Source of the DNA: Thermodesulfobacteriota bacterium
GTDB lineage: Bacteria; Desulfobacterota; Desulfobacteria; Desulfobacterales; SURF-7
Direction: 5' to 3'
NCBI GenBank assembly: GCA_049320885.1
Contig: JBMORA010000048.1
Location: forward strand, 1 to 64,000
DNA length: 64,000 nucleotides
Numbering within the stretch: the first letter of the stretch is position 1; every line of letters starts with the position of its first letter. Both the position numbers and the translations under genes were made by a program. The notes beneath the pieces were generated by a model that was not told where the DNA came from, searched no databases, and saw nothing but the letters and a program-made list of their open reading frames with translations. Below are positions 39,327 through 50,767 of the stretch, one piece after another.

Positions 39327-40178
39327 ATGCTGAACCGAATCGCCGCCGCTTTGCTGGTTTTTCTTTTCATTCCCGTCCAATCACAGGCCCTGGCGGCCGG
39401 AGATCCCAATGACGCCGAAGGCGGCAAGGATCCGGCCCTGTTCAGCCGCATGCCGGGCTTCCACATCTACCAGTACCAGGAAATCGATTTCGACCGCTTT
39501 GATTTTCCGGTGGGACCCGATAAAAATCAAGCGGTGGAGGGAAGGCATTTCAGCATCGATTACTACGCCAATGAAGGCATCCAGATTCCCAGCGGCCTTC
39601 AAATCTCGCGCAATTATGCCAATGCCGCCAAATCCGTCGGCGGTGAAACCGTTTACGAATACGAAGACGGCGGCATCCAGTACACCACCCTGAAGGTCGC
39701 CCAGAAGGACGCCGAGGTCTGGGCCCTGGTTTCGGGAGCCAGCAACGGCATGTACAAGGTGCATATCGTTGCAAGGCAGGCCATGAAGCAGGAAGTGACG
39801 GCCAACGCCGAAAACCTGGCCGGCAGCATCACCGCCACCGGAAAAGCCGCGATCTACGGCATTTATTTCGATACCGGCAAAGCCGAGATCAAGCCCGCGT
39901 CGGAACCGGCTGTCACTGAAATTGCCAAGCTGCTCAAGGCCGATCCGAAACTCAAGATTTTCGTGGTGGGACATACCGACAATGTCGGGGCCTTCGATTC
40001 CAACCTGCAACTCTCCCGGAACCGCGCCGCGGCGGTGGTCGCCGCGTTGGTCGGCAAACACGCCGTCGCCGCTTCCCGCCTGACGCCCTTCGGAGCCGGC
40101 CCCACCGCCCCGGTGGCTGCCAATACCAGCGAGGAAGGCCGGGCCAAAAACCGCCGGGTGGAATTGGTTGCCCAGTGA
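39327..40178 (+). CDS. OmpA family peptidoglycan-binding protein
   Basis: Signal peptide; GIYFDTGKA, VVGHTDNVG..N..LS..RA, NRRVEL. Confidence 0.92.
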   Translation: MLNRIAAALLVFLFIPVQSQALAAGDPNDAEGGKDPALFSRMPGFHIYQYQEIDFDRFDFPVGPDKNQAVEGRHFSIDYYANEGIQIPSGLQISRNYANAAKSVGGETVYEYEDGGIQYTTLKVAQKDAEVWALVSGASNGMYKVHIVARQAMKQEVTANAENLAGSITATGKAAIYGIYFDTGKAEIKPASEPAVTEIAKLLKADPKLKIFVVGHTDNVGAFDSNLQLSRNRAAAVVAALVGKHAVAASRLTPFGAGPTAPVAANTSEEGRAKNRRVELVAQ

Positions 40179-40341
40179 CCTTCATGGAAAAACAAAGGCG
40201 GGATCGTCCATCTCCAAAACGGGGCTTGAATGATCCCGCCATTTGTAGTATTTTCTTTCATCCTAAGATAGTCGACGGTATCCGGAACAACGGCATCGAG
40301 CGTCGGACCCCGATACGGTTCACCCTGACCCTCAACCGCTC

Positions 40342-40788
40342 ATGGAATATGAAGGAATGGATGTGGCCACCCAAGCAGCCCCCGACTCCGTCCTCTGGCC
40401 CCTGGCCCTGTACTGCGCCGTCGTAATTTTTCTGGCCGCCGTCATCGTGGGTCTTTCGGCTTTGCTGGGTCAGCGTCATTCGGAAAGGACCACGGGTGAG
40501 CCTTATGAGTCCGGCATCGCCCCCACCGGATCGGCGCGGATCCGGTTCGATATCAAATTTTATCTTTCGGCCATGTTTTTCGTCCTGTTCGACCTGGAGG
40601 CGGTGTTCATTTTTGCCTGGGCCATCGCGGCCCGCCCCCTGGGATGGACCGGTTATCTGGAGATTCTGATTTTCATCATCGTTCTCGTACTGGCCCTTTT
40701 TTATCTCTGGCGCGTGGGTGCCCTGGATTGGAGAACGGCCAAGCACCGGATCTGCTTGATTCAGGACGAGAAACCGCCGTCGGGATGA
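40342..40788 (+). CDS. nuoA: NADH-quinone oxidoreductase subunit A
   Basis: PYESGI, FYLSAMFFVLFDLEAVF, GALDW; start may be GTG 40363. Confidence 0.95.
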   Translation: MEYEGMDVATQAAPDSVLWPLALYCAVVIFLAAVIVGLSALLGQRHSERTTGEPYESGIAPTGSARIRFDIKFYLSAMFFVLFDLEAVFIFAWAIAARPLGWTGYLEILIFIIVLVLALFYLWRVGALDWRTAKHRICLIQDEKPPSG

Positions 40789-40919
40789 CAATGGACCGGC
40801 GGTCGAAGTGAATCCAATTCAAGGCGCCCGCGGGAAGAACGGTTTCACCGTTTGGCCTTTACGAGGGTTTCCCGGGTTTCGCTTCGTTCGTCAACCTTAA
40901 CCGAAACAGAAGCCGTGCC

Positions 40920-41354
40920 ATGAAAAATGTAAGAGATTTGTTGCTGGAAAAAGGCGGGCAGGTGCATACCGTATCTCCGGACGCGACGGTTTACGAAGCG
41001 CTCCAGTTAATGGCCGACCGGAACATCGGCGCTCTGGTGGTTTGTGACGGGAAAGACATGAAAGGACTTTTTTCCGAGCGCGACTACGCCCGCAAGATCG
41101 TCCTGAAAGGCAAGCTCTCCAAGGAAATCCGGGTCCGGGAGATCATGACCACGGAAATCATTCATGTCACTCCGGACCAGGACATCGAGACCTGCATGGA
41201 ATTGATGAGCCATCATCATATCCGCCATCTGCCGGTTCTGGAACAGGGCCGCTTAAGCGGCCTCGTCTCCATCGGCGATGTGGTCAAGGCGATCATCGAA
41301 CACAAGGAAGAAATCATCGAGCAGCTGGAAAGTTATATCAAGGGGAAACGATAA
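40920..41354 (+). CDS. Tandem CBS-domain protein
   Basis: [12 protein letters not shown]...[39 protein letters not shown]. Confidence 0.95.
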   Translation: MKNVRDLLLEKGGQVHTVSPDATVYEALQLMADRNIGALVVCDGKDMKGLFSERDYARKIVLKGKLSKEIRVREIMTTEIIHVTPDQDIETCMELMSHHHIRHLPVLEQGRLSGLVSIGDVVKAIIEHKEEIIEQLESYIKGKR

Positions 41355-41977
41355 TGCGATTACAGGATGCATTTTCCAGGATCACGGGCCTGCCGGACAC
41401 CGGGGATGAGCTGGGAGGCAACATCGTGTTCACCCGGCTGCAACAGCTGGCGGCCTGGGGCCGCAAGCATTCCATCTGGCCTTTCGGTTTCGGTCTCTCC
41501 TGCTGCTTTGTGGAACTGGCCACCAGTCTCACCAGCCGGTACGACATCGCCCGTTTCGGCGCGGAAGTCATCCGGGGAACCCCCCGGGAGGCGGACCTGA
41601 TGATCATCGCCGGCACCCCGTTCATCAAGATGGCGCCCATCATCCAGCGGCTGTATGAACAGATGATGGAACCCCGCTGGGTCATTTCCATGGGTTCCTG
41701 CGCCAATTCCGGCGGCATGTACGATGTCTACAGCGTGATCCAGGGTGTGGACAAGATTCTGCCGGTGGATGTCTATATACCGGGTTGCCCGCCCAATCCG
41801 GCCGCCTTCATCCACGGCGTGATGCTGCTTCAGGAAAAAATCGGTGCTGAAAAACGTCCCCTGAGCTGGGTTGTCGGCCCGCAACAAGTGGAAAGCGCCC
41901 CGCTCCCCTCCATGCGGGATCGCAGACGCGAAGAAAGAAAGCGCATGACGGAACTGCGTTCCCCGGACGGGGTTTGA
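41354..41977 (+). CDS. nuoB: NADH-quinone oxidoreductase subunit B
   Basis: [25 protein letters not shown]. Confidence 0.97.
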   Translation: MRLQDAFSRITGLPDTGDELGGNIVFTRLQQLAAWGRKHSIWPFGFGLSCCFVELATSLTSRYDIARFGAEVIRGTPREADLMIIAGTPFIKMAPIIQRLYEQMMEPRWVISMGSCANSGGMYDVYSVIQGVDKILPVDVYIPGCPPNPAAFIHGVMLLQEKIGAEKRPLSWVVGPQQVESAPLPSMRDRRREERKRMTELRSPDGV

Positions 41978-41980
41978 GCA

Positions 41981-43768
41981 ATGAAGCCGAATGATGAACG
42001 GACTCCGGAGAACGAACGGATGAATCCGCCAAGGGATATCGTCGATGATCTCAAAAGCCGCTTCGGCGAGGACTTTCTCGGGCAGCAACCCAGCATGGAC
42101 GACATTCCGACCGTCTGGTGCCACCGGGACAGAATCGCGGACATGCTGCGCTTCCTGAAGGATCGGAGCGGAGGGGCCTATCCCATGCTGTATGACCTCA
42201 CCGCCGTGGACGAACGCCGGCGGCAAGCCAGGGACGGCCAGCCTCCAGGCGACTTCACCGTCGTTTATCACCTGGCCTCGTTTGACGGCAACGGGGATAT
42301 CCGCATCAAGACGCCCCTTGCGGGGGATCATCCTTCCATTCCCTCCGTCATCCCCATCTGGCAGGCGGCCGCCTGGTATGAACGGGAAATCTTCGACATG
42401 TTCGGCATCGGTTTTACCGGTCACCCGTTCCTCCGCCGCATCCTGTTGCCATCCACCTGGGAAGGGCATCCCCTGCGCAAGGAGCATCCCTGCCGGGCGA
42501 CGGAAATGGGACCTTTTCAATTGCCCGTGGAAAAGCAGCAACGCGAGGAGGAAGGCCTGCGCTTCCGGCCCGAGGAGTGGGGTTTGAACCGCCGCCGGGG
42601 GGAAACGGACTACATGTTCCTCAATTTAGGACCCCAACATCCCGGCACCCACGGCCTTTTCCGGATGATCCTGCAATTGGACGGCGAGGAAATCGTGGAT
42701 GCGATTCCGGAAATCGGCTTCCATCATCGCGGGGCGGAGAAAATGGGGGAGCGCCAGACCTGGCATACCTATATCCCCTACACCGACCGCGTCGACTACC
42801 TCGGCGGGGTCATGAACAACCTTGCCTATGTACTCGGGGTGGAGCAGCTGGCGGGCATCCGGGCGCCCGATCGGGCCGCCGTCATCCGGGTCCTCCTTGC
42901 GGAACTCTTCCGGACAGCCAATCACCTGATCTGGCTGGGCACCTTCGTCCAGGACGTGGGGGCCATGTCGCCGGTTTTTTTCACGTTCAATGACCGGGAG
43001 CACATCTTCGAAATCATCACGGCCATCACCGGCGGCAGGATGCACCCGAGCTGGTTCCGCATCGGCGGCGTGGCCCAGGACCTGCCCAACGGCTGGGATT
43101 CGCTGGTGCGCCGCTTCCTAGAGTACCTCCCGCCCAGGCTCACGGAATATCATCAGCTGGTCATGGCCAACCGCATCTTCCAGGCCCGCACCCGGGGAGT
43201 CGGCTGCTATACCGTCCGGGAAGCCCTGGATTGGGGTGTCACCGGACCGGGTTTGCGGGCCTGCGGTCTTGAATGGGATCTGCGGAAAAAACGCCCTTAT
43301 TCCGGTTACGACCGCTTCGATTTCGACATCCCCACCGCCGTGAACGGGGATTGCTACGACCGGGCCGTCGTCCGCCTGGAGGAAATCAGGCAGAGCCTGC
43401 GCATCATCGCCCAGTGTCTGAACAACATGCCGGAAGGCCCCTGCAAGGCCGATCACCCCCTGACAACCCCTCCCCCCAGGGAAAGGACCCTGCGGGATAT
43501 CGACACCCTCATCCCCCATTTTCTGGGAGTCGGCTGGGGGCCGGTGATTCCGGCCGGCGAGGCCTGTGTGCGCATCGAGGCCGCCAAGGGAATCAACAGC
43601 TATTATCTGATCAGCGACGGCGACATCCGGGCCTACCGAATCCGGATCCGGGCGCCCTCTTTTCCGCATTTGCAGATGGTTCCGGCCATCAGTCGCGGTA
43701 TGCTGGTGCCGGATCTGCTCGCCATCCTGGGCAGCATCGATTATGTCATGGCCGATGTGGATCGCTGA
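41981..43768 (+). CDS. nuoCD: NADH-quinone oxidoreductase fused subunit C/D
   Basis: [17 protein letters not shown] (C part) fused to [26 protein letters not shown] (D part). Confidence 0.96.
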   Translation: MKPNDERTPENERMNPPRDIVDDLKSRFGEDFLGQQPSMDDIPTVWCHRDRIADMLRFLKDRSGGAYPMLYDLTAVDERRRQARDGQPPGDFTVVYHLASFDGNGDIRIKTPLAGDHPSIPSVIPIWQAAAWYEREIFDMFGIGFTGHPFLRRILLPSTWEGHPLRKEHPCRATEMGPFQLPVEKQQREEEGLRFRPEEWGLNRRRGETDYMFLNLGPQHPGTHGLFRMILQLDGEEIVDAIPEIGFHHRGAEKMGERQTWHTYIPYTDRVDYLGGVMNNLAYVLGVEQLAGIRAPDRAAVIRVLLAELFRTANHLIWLGTFVQDVGAMSPVFFTFNDREHIFEIITAITGGRMHPSWFRIGGVAQDLPNGWDSLVRRFLEYLPPRLTEYHQLVMANRIFQARTRGVGCYTVREALDWGVTGPGLRACGLEWDLRKKRPYSGYDRFDFDIPTAVNGDCYDRAVVRLEEIRQSLRIIAQCLNNMPEGPCKADHPLTTPPPRERTLRDIDTLIPHFLGVGWGPVIPAGEACVRIEAAKGINSYYLISDGDIRAYRIRIRAPSFPHLQMVPAISRGMLVPDLLAILGSIDYVMADVDR

Positions 43769-43810
43769 GGAATCGGATATGAAGGAGAACCGCTGGAAGG
43801 ATATCGCCCC

Positions 43811-44275
43811 ATGCTGAGTGAAGAGGAAATTCGGGAAATCCGGGCCGTCCTCGGCCACAGTGAGAGCAAACCGGCCGCCGGCCTGGATGCCCTGAAAATC
43901 GTCCAGCGCCGGCGGGGCTGGATTTCGGACGAGGCCTTGGGGAATGTGGCGGATCTTCTGGGCATGAGCCCCGCGGAACTGGATTCCGTGGCCACTTTCT
44001 ACAGCCTGATCTTCCGGCGGCAGGTCGGGCGGCACGTGATTCTGATCTGCGACAGCGTCAGCTGCTGGGTCATGGGGTACGAATCCCTGCTGGAAGTGCT
44101 GCGAAAACGGCTGGGAATCGGGTTCGGCGAAACCAGTGCCGACGGACGCTTCACCCTGTTGCCCCATCCCTGCCTGGGGGTTTGTGAACGGGCCCCGGCC
44201 ATGATGATCGACGATGATCTGTACGGCCCGCTGGAAGCCGGACAAATCGAATCCATATTGGCGACATACGATTGA
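43811..44275 (+). CDS. nuoE: NADH-quinone oxidoreductase subunit E
   Basis: VATFYS, CDSVSC and CLGVC [2Fe-2S] ligands. Confidence 0.95.
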   Translation: MLSEEEIREIRAVLGHSESKPAAGLDALKIVQRRRGWISDEALGNVADLLGMSPAELDSVATFYSLIFRRQVGRHVILICDSVSCWVMGYESLLEVLRKRLGIGFGETSADGRFTLLPHPCLGVCERAPAMMIDDDLYGPLEAGQIESILATYD

Positions 44276-45582
44276 CGGATAAAACGAGACATGAGGCAGC
44301 GCTTCCATTGAAACATCCCCTCACCCAGCATTTTCAAACCGGCAGGCCGCCCCTGGAACTTTCGGAGTACGAGCGGGCCGGCGGCTATCAGGCCATGCGC
44401 CGGGTTCTCACTTCCATGGAGCCCGGACAGGTGACGGCCCTGGTGAACGAAGCCAATCTCCGCGGCCGGGGCGGGGCCGGTTTTCCCACGGCCCGCAAAT
44501 GGAGTTTCGTGCCCATGGGCAAGGACGCGCCCAGGCCCAAATACCTGGTGGTCAACGCCGATGAAATGGAGCCGGCCACGTTCAAGGACCGGGTGCTCCT
44601 GGAGGGGGATCCCCACCAGCTCATCGAAGGAATCATCATCGCCGCCTACGCCATCCAGGCCGATATGGCCTATATTTTCATCCGCCAGTGCTATGCCGAG
44701 GCCTTCCGGGGGCTGACAAAGGCCATTTCCGAAGCGTATTCCAAGGGCTATCTCGGGAACAATATTCTCGGGACGGGTTTCCATCTGGAACTTCGGCTGC
44801 ATGAAAGCGCCGGCCGGTATATCTGCGGAGAGGAAACCGCCCTGCTGAACGCCCTGGAAGGCAAACGTCCGGTTCCCAGGGCCAAGCCGCCTTTTCCACC
44901 GGTCATCGGTCTCTGGGGCAAGCCCACCGTGACCAACAATGTGGAAACCATCTGCAACCTCCCCCATATCGTTCGGCACGGGGCGGCCTGGTTCCGATCC
45001 ATCAGCCTGGTCCCGGACGGCGGCACCAAGATTTACGGAGTCAGTGGCAAGGTGCGGAAACCGGGGGCCTGGGAACTGCCCCTGGGGGTCACCATCCGCG
45101 AAGTCATCGAGGAACACGCCGGCGGCATGCGGCCGGGGGAAAAACTGCGCGCCGTTCTGCCCGGAGGCGCTTCCACGGATTTTCTGACCGTGGATCACCT
45201 GGATGTCAAAATGGATTTCAGCTCCATGCAGGCCGCGGGCAGCCGCCTGGGAACCGGGACCATGGTGGTGGTGGATGAGAAGACCTGCATGGTGGGGTTG
45301 GTGCTCAACCTCATCCGGTTTTTCGCAAGGGAGTCCTGCGGCTGGTGCACCCCCTGCCGGGAAGGCCTGCCCTGGATCGTGAAACTCCTGACCGCCATCG
45401 AAGAGGGCCGCGGGCTGCCGGAAGACCTGGAACGGCTGAAACAACAGCCGGATCTCCTGGGGCCGGGTCACACCTTCTGTCCCCTGGCTCCGGGCGCCAT
45501 GGAGCCGCTGCAGAGCGCCCTCACGTATTTCGAGGACGATTTCAAACGCCATATTCGGGAAAAACGATGCCCATGGAAATAA
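44272..45582 (+). CDS. nuoF: NADH-quinone oxidoreductase subunit F
   Basis: LRGRGGAGFP, NADEMEP, YICGEETAL, ESCGWCTPCREG, FC. Confidence 0.97.
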   Translation: MTDKTRHEAALPLKHPLTQHFQTGRPPLELSEYERAGGYQAMRRVLTSMEPGQVTALVNEANLRGRGGAGFPTARKWSFVPMGKDAPRPKYLVVNADEMEPATFKDRVLLEGDPHQLIEGIIIAAYAIQADMAYIFIRQCYAEAFRGLTKAISEAYSKGYLGNNILGTGFHLELRLHESAGRYICGEETALLNALEGKRPVPRAKPPFPPVIGLWGKPTVTNNVETICNLPHIVRHGAAWFRSISLVPDGGTKIYGVSGKVRKPGAWELPLGVTIREVIEEHAGGMRPGEKLRAVLPGGASTDFLTVDHLDVKMDFSSMQAAGSRLGTGTMVVVDEKTCMVGLVLNLIRFFARESCGWCTPCREGLPWIVKLLTAIEEGRGLPEDLERLKQQPDLLGPGHTFCPLAPGAMEPLQSALTYFEDDFKRHIREKRCPWK

Positions 45583-48305
45583 AGGAAGCGGTGACCATCT
45601 ATATCGAAGGCAGACCTTACCGGGTGGATACCGGCCGGAACCTGCTCCAGACCTGCCTGTCCCTCGGCTTCGACATACCGCATTTCTGCTGGCACCCGGC
45701 CCTGGGTTCCGTGGGCGCCTGCCGCCTGTGCGCCGTCAAACGCTTCCGGGATGAAAAGGACGACCGGGGCGAACTCGTCATGTCCTGCATGACCCCGGTG
45801 AGCGAGGGCCTGCGCATTTCCATCGCCGACCCGGAAGCGGTCCGCTTCCGGGCTGCCGTGATCGAGTGGCTGATGATCAACCATCCCCACGACTGCCCGG
45901 TGTGCGACGAAGGCGGCGAATGTCACCTCCAGGACATGACGGTGATGACCGGCCATGTCCGCCGGGAATACCGTTTCCGGAAACGGACCCATCACAACCA
46001 GGATCTCGGTCCGTTCATTCATCATGAGATGAACCGCTGCATCCAATGCTACCGCTGTGTGCGTTTCTATCGCCAGATAGCCGGGGGCCGCGACCTGAAT
46101 GTGTTCGGGGCCCACGATCATGTCTATTTCGGACGCCACCGGGACGGCGCATTGGAAAGCGAGTTCAGCGGCAATCTGGTGGAGATCTGCCCCACCGGCA
46201 CCTTCACCGATAAAACCCAGAAAGCGCACAACACCAGGAGTTGGGATCTCCAGACGGCCCCTTCCATTTGCGTGCACTGCGGCCTGGGCTGCAACACCCT
46301 TCCGGGGGAGCGGTACGGCCTGCTGCGCCGCGTGCGCAACCGCTATCATCACGAGATCAATGGATATTTTCTTTGCGACCGCGGCCGTTTCGGTTATGAG
46401 TTCGTCAACAGCGGCAGGCGTCTGCGCAGCCCCCTGGTACGCATAAACAGGAAATCCCCCCGGACCGTCGTCTCCTTGGAGGAATGGTTACAAAGGGCCG
46501 CAGAACGGCTGGCAACTCCGGAACGAGTCCTCGGCATCGGTTCCCCCCGGGCTTCCCTGGAAGCCAATTTCACCCTGCGGTCCCTGGTGGGCCCCGAACG
46601 CTTTCACGCCGGATTGTCCGCCGCCGATTTTCGTCTGCTCAACCTCGGCCGGAGCATCCTCACCCGAAGTACCGCCCCACCGGCTTCGGTTCAGGACGCC
46701 GCCCGGGCCGACGCCGTTCTGGTCCTGGGGGAGGACCTTACCCAGACCGCCCCGATCCTGGCCCTGGCCCTGCGGCGCATGGAATACCGGCAGGCCGCCG
46801 AGGCCGCCCGCGAGATGCAGCTCCCGGAATGGGATGAGGCGGCCGTGCGGGAATTCTCCCAGCAACAAAAACCCGCCCTGTACATTGTCACCCCCCAACC
46901 CACCCGGCTGGACGACGCGGCTTGCGCAACTTTCCGCTTACCTCCGGACCTCATCGCGGACCTGGGTTTCGCCGTGGGGCGGGCCCTCGCCCAGCCCTTG
47001 ACGGAAGCCCGGAAACCGAAGGAGATATCGGTCGAGCCCGCCGCCGAAATCGCCCGGGCACTGATCAACGCCCGGCGTCCCCTGGTGGTGACCGGCGCTT
47101 CCCTGGGCAGCGAGGCGGCGGTGCAGGCCGCCGCCAATATCGCCTGGACCCTGGGCCGCCTGGGAAAACCGGCCGCTTTTCTCTTTTGCCCGCCGGAATG
47201 CAATAGCCTGGGATTGAGTCTCCTGGAAGGCCGGGAGCTTTCCGCCGCCTTTCAATCCCTTGAAAACGGCCAGGCCGATACGGTGATCATCCTGGAAAAC
47301 GATCTCTATCGGCGGGCGCCGGCACCGGTCGTGGACGCCTTCCTTAAGCGGGCGCGCACGGTCATCGTCCTGGATCACCTGGACACGCCCACGGCTGAAA
47401 AAGCCGACCTGGTTTTTCCAGTGGCGACCGTTGCCGAAAGCAGCGGCATCCTGGTGAATCATGAGGGCCGGGCCCAACGGTTCCATGCCGTCCTGCCGCC
47501 GGACGAAACCGTCCGGGAGTCTTCCCGCCTGCTGGCCGGACTGGCGGCGAAGGTCACCGCGGAATCTTCCGGCCGTAAGTTCCGCAGGGAAGAAATACTG
47601 GCGGAGCTGGCGGAGGCGTTTCCGGTCTTTTCCGGCTTGGCCGGACCGGTCCCCCCCCTGCCCTGGCCGGCCCCGGGAGGCAAGGTTCCCCGCCAGTCCA
47701 TCGGCTACAGCGGCCGGACCGCCATGAACGCGCATATCGATCCGCACGAGCCCAAACCGCCGGAAGATCCGGACTCCCCGTTGGCCTTTTCCATGGAAGG
47801 ATATGAGGGGCGGCCGCGGCCGGATCTCATCACCCGCTACTGGGCTCCGGGCTGGAATTCGGTTCAGTCCCTGAACAAATATCAAGCTGTCGTGGGCGGC
47901 CCCCTCAAGGGCGGAAGTTCCGGACTGCGCCTGTTCCCAACCACTTCCACGGAGGAAGCGGAGCTTTTTCCACCCCCGCCAGTGCCGCCCGAACCGGAAC
48001 TGCGGGAGGACGAACGGATCCTGATCCCCCTGTATCACCTGTTCGGTTCGGAAGAGCTGAGCATGTCGTCCCCGGCCGTGGCCGGACAGGCCCCCGCGCC
48101 CTACCTGGCCCTGGGTCCGGATGACCCGCTGGCCGAACCGGGCATGAACGTCGGTCTGGTCTTCGGCGGCGCCTTGTTGACATTGCCGGTTGCCGTTCTG
48201 CCGGGTCTGTGCAGGGGAGTCGCGGGCCTGCCCGCCGGGCTGCCCGGCATTCCCGTGGATTCACTGCCCGCGCGGGTCCGGCTTTCCAAGGAGACGCATC
48301 GATGA
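45573..48305 (+). CDS. nuoG: NADH-quinone oxidoreductase subunit G (long, N7-cluster type)
   Basis: [42 protein letters not shown]...C. Confidence 0.95.
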   Translation: MEIKEAVTIYIEGRPYRVDTGRNLLQTCLSLGFDIPHFCWHPALGSVGACRLCAVKRFRDEKDDRGELVMSCMTPVSEGLRISIADPEAVRFRAAVIEWLMINHPHDCPVCDEGGECHLQDMTVMTGHVRREYRFRKRTHHNQDLGPFIHHEMNRCIQCYRCVRFYRQIAGGRDLNVFGAHDHVYFGRHRDGALESEFSGNLVEICPTGTFTDKTQKAHNTRSWDLQTAPSICVHCGLGCNTLPGERYGLLRRVRNRYHHEINGYFLCDRGRFGYEFVNSGRRLRSPLVRINRKSPRTVVSLEEWLQRAAERLATPERVLGIGSPRASLEANFTLRSLVGPERFHAGLSAADFRLLNLGRSILTRSTAPPASVQDAARADAVLVLGEDLTQTAPILALALRRMEYRQAAEAAREMQLPEWDEAAVREFSQQQKPALYIVTPQPTRLDDAACATFRLPPDLIADLGFAVGRALAQPLTEARKPKEISVEPAAEIARALINARRPLVVTGASLGSEAAVQAAANIAWTLGRLGKPAAFLFCPPECNSLGLSLLEGRELSAAFQSLENGQADTVIILENDLYRRAPAPVVDAFLKRARTVIVLDHLDTPTAEKADLVFPVATVAESSGILVNHEGRAQRFHAVLPPDETVRESSRLLAGLAAKVTAESSGRKFRREEILAELAEAFPVFSGLAGPVPPLPWPAPGGKVPRQSIGYSGRTAMNAHIDPHEPKPPEDPDSPLAFSMEGYEGRPRPDLITRYWAPGWNSVQSLNKYQAVVGGPLKGGSSGLRLFPTTSTEEAELFPPPPVPPEPELREDERILIPLYHLFGSEELSMSSPAVAGQAPAPYLALGPDDPLAEPGMNVGLVFGGALLTLPVAVLPGLCRGVAGLPAGLPGIPVDSLPARVRLSKETHR

Positions 48306-49255
48306 TCCTGATCCTGAAACACCTGCTGGTGGTCTTCGGCGTGCTGGCGGCGGCTCTCTCCGCCAGCGCCGGTCTGGTCTGGCTGGAACGGCGCTTGCTG
48401 GCGTTGTGGCAGGACCGCTACGGACCCAACCGGGTAGGTCCCTTCGGGCTGCTCCAGGTGGCGGCCGACGGCTTGAAAATGTTTCTCAAGGAGGACTGGG
48501 TCCCCCCCTTTGCCGACAAGCCCGTTTTCATTCTCGCTCCGATGCTGGCCCTGGTGGTCGCCCTGCTGGCCTTCGCCGTGGTGCCGTTCACTTCGGAAAT
48601 CATGGTGGCGGATCTCAATATCGGGCTGCTGTTCTTTCTGGCCCTGGTTTCCCTGGGCGTCTACGGCGTGGCCCTGGGGGGCTGGTCCTCCAACAACAAA
48701 TACGCCTTGCTGGGCGCCGTCCGCGGCGTGGCCCAGATGCTGAGCTACGAAGTCTTCATGGGCCTCTCCCTGATGGGCGTGGTGCTGCTTGCCGGCACCT
48801 TCAACCTGCGGGAAATCGTTCTGGCCCAGGAAAACATGTGGTATTGCATCCCCCAGTTTCCGGGCCTGTTGATTTTCACCATTGCGGGTTTTGCCGAAAC
48901 CCACCGGATGCCCTTTGACCTGCCGGAAGCGGAAAGCGAGCTGGTGGCCGGCTATCATACGGAATATTCCGGGATGAAATTCGGTTTGTTTTTCGTGGGC
49001 GAATACCTGGGCGTCACCATGACTTCCGCCATGATCGTCACCCTGTTTTTCGGCGGCTGGCTGGGTCCCGTGCTTCCGCCCATCGTCTGGTTCGCCGGCA
49101 AAACCTTCGTGTTCATCTGTCTTTTCATTCTGGTGCGCTCGGCCCTGCCGAGACCGCGCTATGATCAACTCATGGCCTTTGCCTGGAAAGTCCTCCTGCC
49201 GCTGTCGCTTCTGAATCTGGTGGTCACGGGGGCCGTGGTGGTGGCCGGCGCTTGA
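48302..49255 (+). CDS. nuoH: NADH-quinone oxidoreductase subunit H
   Basis: [44 protein letters not shown]. Confidence 0.96.
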   Translation: MILILKHLLVVFGVLAAALSASAGLVWLERRLLALWQDRYGPNRVGPFGLLQVAADGLKMFLKEDWVPPFADKPVFILAPMLALVVALLAFAVVPFTSEIMVADLNIGLLFFLALVSLGVYGVALGGWSSNNKYALLGAVRGVAQMLSYEVFMGLSLMGVVLLAGTFNLREIVLAQENMWYCIPQFPGLLIFTIAGFAETHRMPFDLPEAESELVAGYHTEYSGMKFGLFFVGEYLGVTMTSAMIVTLFFGGWLGPVLPPIVWFAGKTFVFICLFILVRSALPRPRYDQLMAFAWKVLLPLSLLNLVVTGAVVVAGA

Positions 49256-49292
49256 ACACGGGAAGGGCGAAGGAAGAAAGGAACCGCGAATC

Positions 49293-49808
49293 GTGCTGAG
49301 TCTGTTGCAGGGTCTCTGGGTCATGTTGCGGCACACCTTCCGGAAACGGGAAACCGTTCAGTATCCGGAAGAACAGCTCTATCTGCCTCCGCGCTTCCGG
49401 GGCCGGATCATTCTATCCCGTGACCCCGATGGTGGCGAGCGCTGCGTGGCCTGTCATTTGTGCTCCGCCGTATGTCCCGTGGATTGCATCGCCCTTCAGG
49501 CCGGGGAGGATGAAACCGGCCGGCGGTATCCGGCCTTTTTCCGGATCAATTTTTCCCGCTGCATCCTCTGCGGATTCTGCGAGGAGGCCTGCCCCACGGC
49601 GGCCATCCAGCTGACTCCGGATTTTGAAATGGCCGAATACGACAGACGCAATCTGATCTACGAAAAAGAAGATCTGCTGATCAGCGGACCAGGGAAATAT
49701 CCCGGTTACAACTTCTACAGGGCCGCCGGAACGGCCGTCGGCGTAAAGGGCAAGGGCGAAGGGGAAAACGAAAATCCGCCCGTGGATGTAAAGGGCCTCC
49801 TGCCCTAG
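49293..49808 (+). CDS. nuoI: NADH-quinone oxidoreductase subunit I
   Basis: [12 protein letters not shown] and [12 protein letters not shown]. Confidence 0.96.
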   Translation: MLSLLQGLWVMLRHTFRKRETVQYPEEQLYLPPRFRGRIILSRDPDGGERCVACHLCSAVCPVDCIALQAGEDETGRRYPAFFRINFSRCILCGFCEEACPTAAIQLTPDFEMAEYDRRNLIYEKEDLLISGPGKYPGYNFYRAAGTAVGVKGKGEGENENPPVDVKGLLP

Positions 49809-49855
49809 TCGGAAATACGGATGATCACGAGTGTAAACGGAGGAAGGAGCAAAAG

Positions 49856-50401
49856 TTGACGAACATCATGTTTTATCTGGCGGCAGCGGTGGCGATCCTG
49901 TCGACACTGATGGTGATCACCCGGCTCAACGCGGTGCATGCACTGCTGTACCTGATCGTCTCCCTTCTTTCCGTGGCCCTGATCTTTTTCATGCTGGGAG
50001 CCCCTTTCGCCGCGGCCCTGGAGGTCATCATCTATGCAGGGGCCATCATGATCCTGTTTGTGTTCGTGATCATGATGCTCAACCTGGGACCGACGGCCAT
50101 CGAAAAGGAACGCCTGCTGCTGGCGCCCGGGATGTGGCCAGGACCGGCCCTGCTGACGGGGGTCCTGCTGGCTGAACTGTTTTATATTCTGGCCGGAAAT
50201 CCGCTCGGACCGGCGAGCGGGACGGAAGTAACCTCCCTTTCGGTGGGACTTTCCCTGTTCGGTCCTTACATGCTGGGAGTGGAACTGGCATCCATTCTGC
50301 TGCTGGCCGGACTGGTGGGCGCCTTTCACTTGGCCCGGCAAGGCACGGAAATGGAGGGAACCGTCAACCGGGCAAACACCGGCCGTCAACCGACGGGGTA
50401 A
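49856..50401 (+). CDS. nuoJ: NADH-quinone oxidoreductase subunit J
   Basis: NAVHALLYL, IIYAGAIMILFVFVIMML, ELASILLL. Confidence 0.95.
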   Translation: MTNIMFYLAAAVAILSTLMVITRLNAVHALLYLIVSLLSVALIFFMLGAPFAAALEVIIYAGAIMILFVFVIMMLNLGPTAIEKERLLLAPGMWPGPALLTGVLLAELFYILAGNPLGPASGTEVTSLSVGLSLFGPYMLGVELASILLLAGLVGAFHLARQGTEMEGTVNRANTGRQPTG

Positions 50402-50454
50402 CCGCAAACGGTCCCTGACAGGATAATCAATCGAATTCACTGGAGACGAAGAAC

Positions 50455-50763
50455 ATGCTCACCATCCCGACTTCCCACGGCCTGATGCTGGCCGGGGTTC
50501 TCTTCCTGATGGGATTCACCTGCGTGCTGGTGCGCCGCAACATCATCTTCATCCTGCTCGGTCTTGAAATCATGTTCAACGCCGCGGGGCTGGCTTTCGT
50601 CACGGCCGGCGCCCGCTGGGGCCAGCCCGACGGGCAGATCATGTTCCTGTTCATCCTGGCCACGGCCGCGGCGGAGGTCTCCATCGGGCTGGCCCTGGTG
50701 TTCCAGCTGGTCCGGCGCCTGCACACCCTGGACATGGATCAAGCCGACGGAATGAAAGGGTAA
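50455..50763 (+). CDS. nuoK: NADH-quinone oxidoreductase subunit K
   Basis: RRN...[19 protein letters not shown]. Confidence 0.96.
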   Translation: MLTIPTSHGLMLAGVLFLMGFTCVLVRRNIIFILLGLEIMFNAAGLAFVTAGARWGQPDGQIMFLFILATAAAEVSIGLALVFQLVRRLHTLDMDQADGMKG

Positions 50764-50767
50764 CGCA

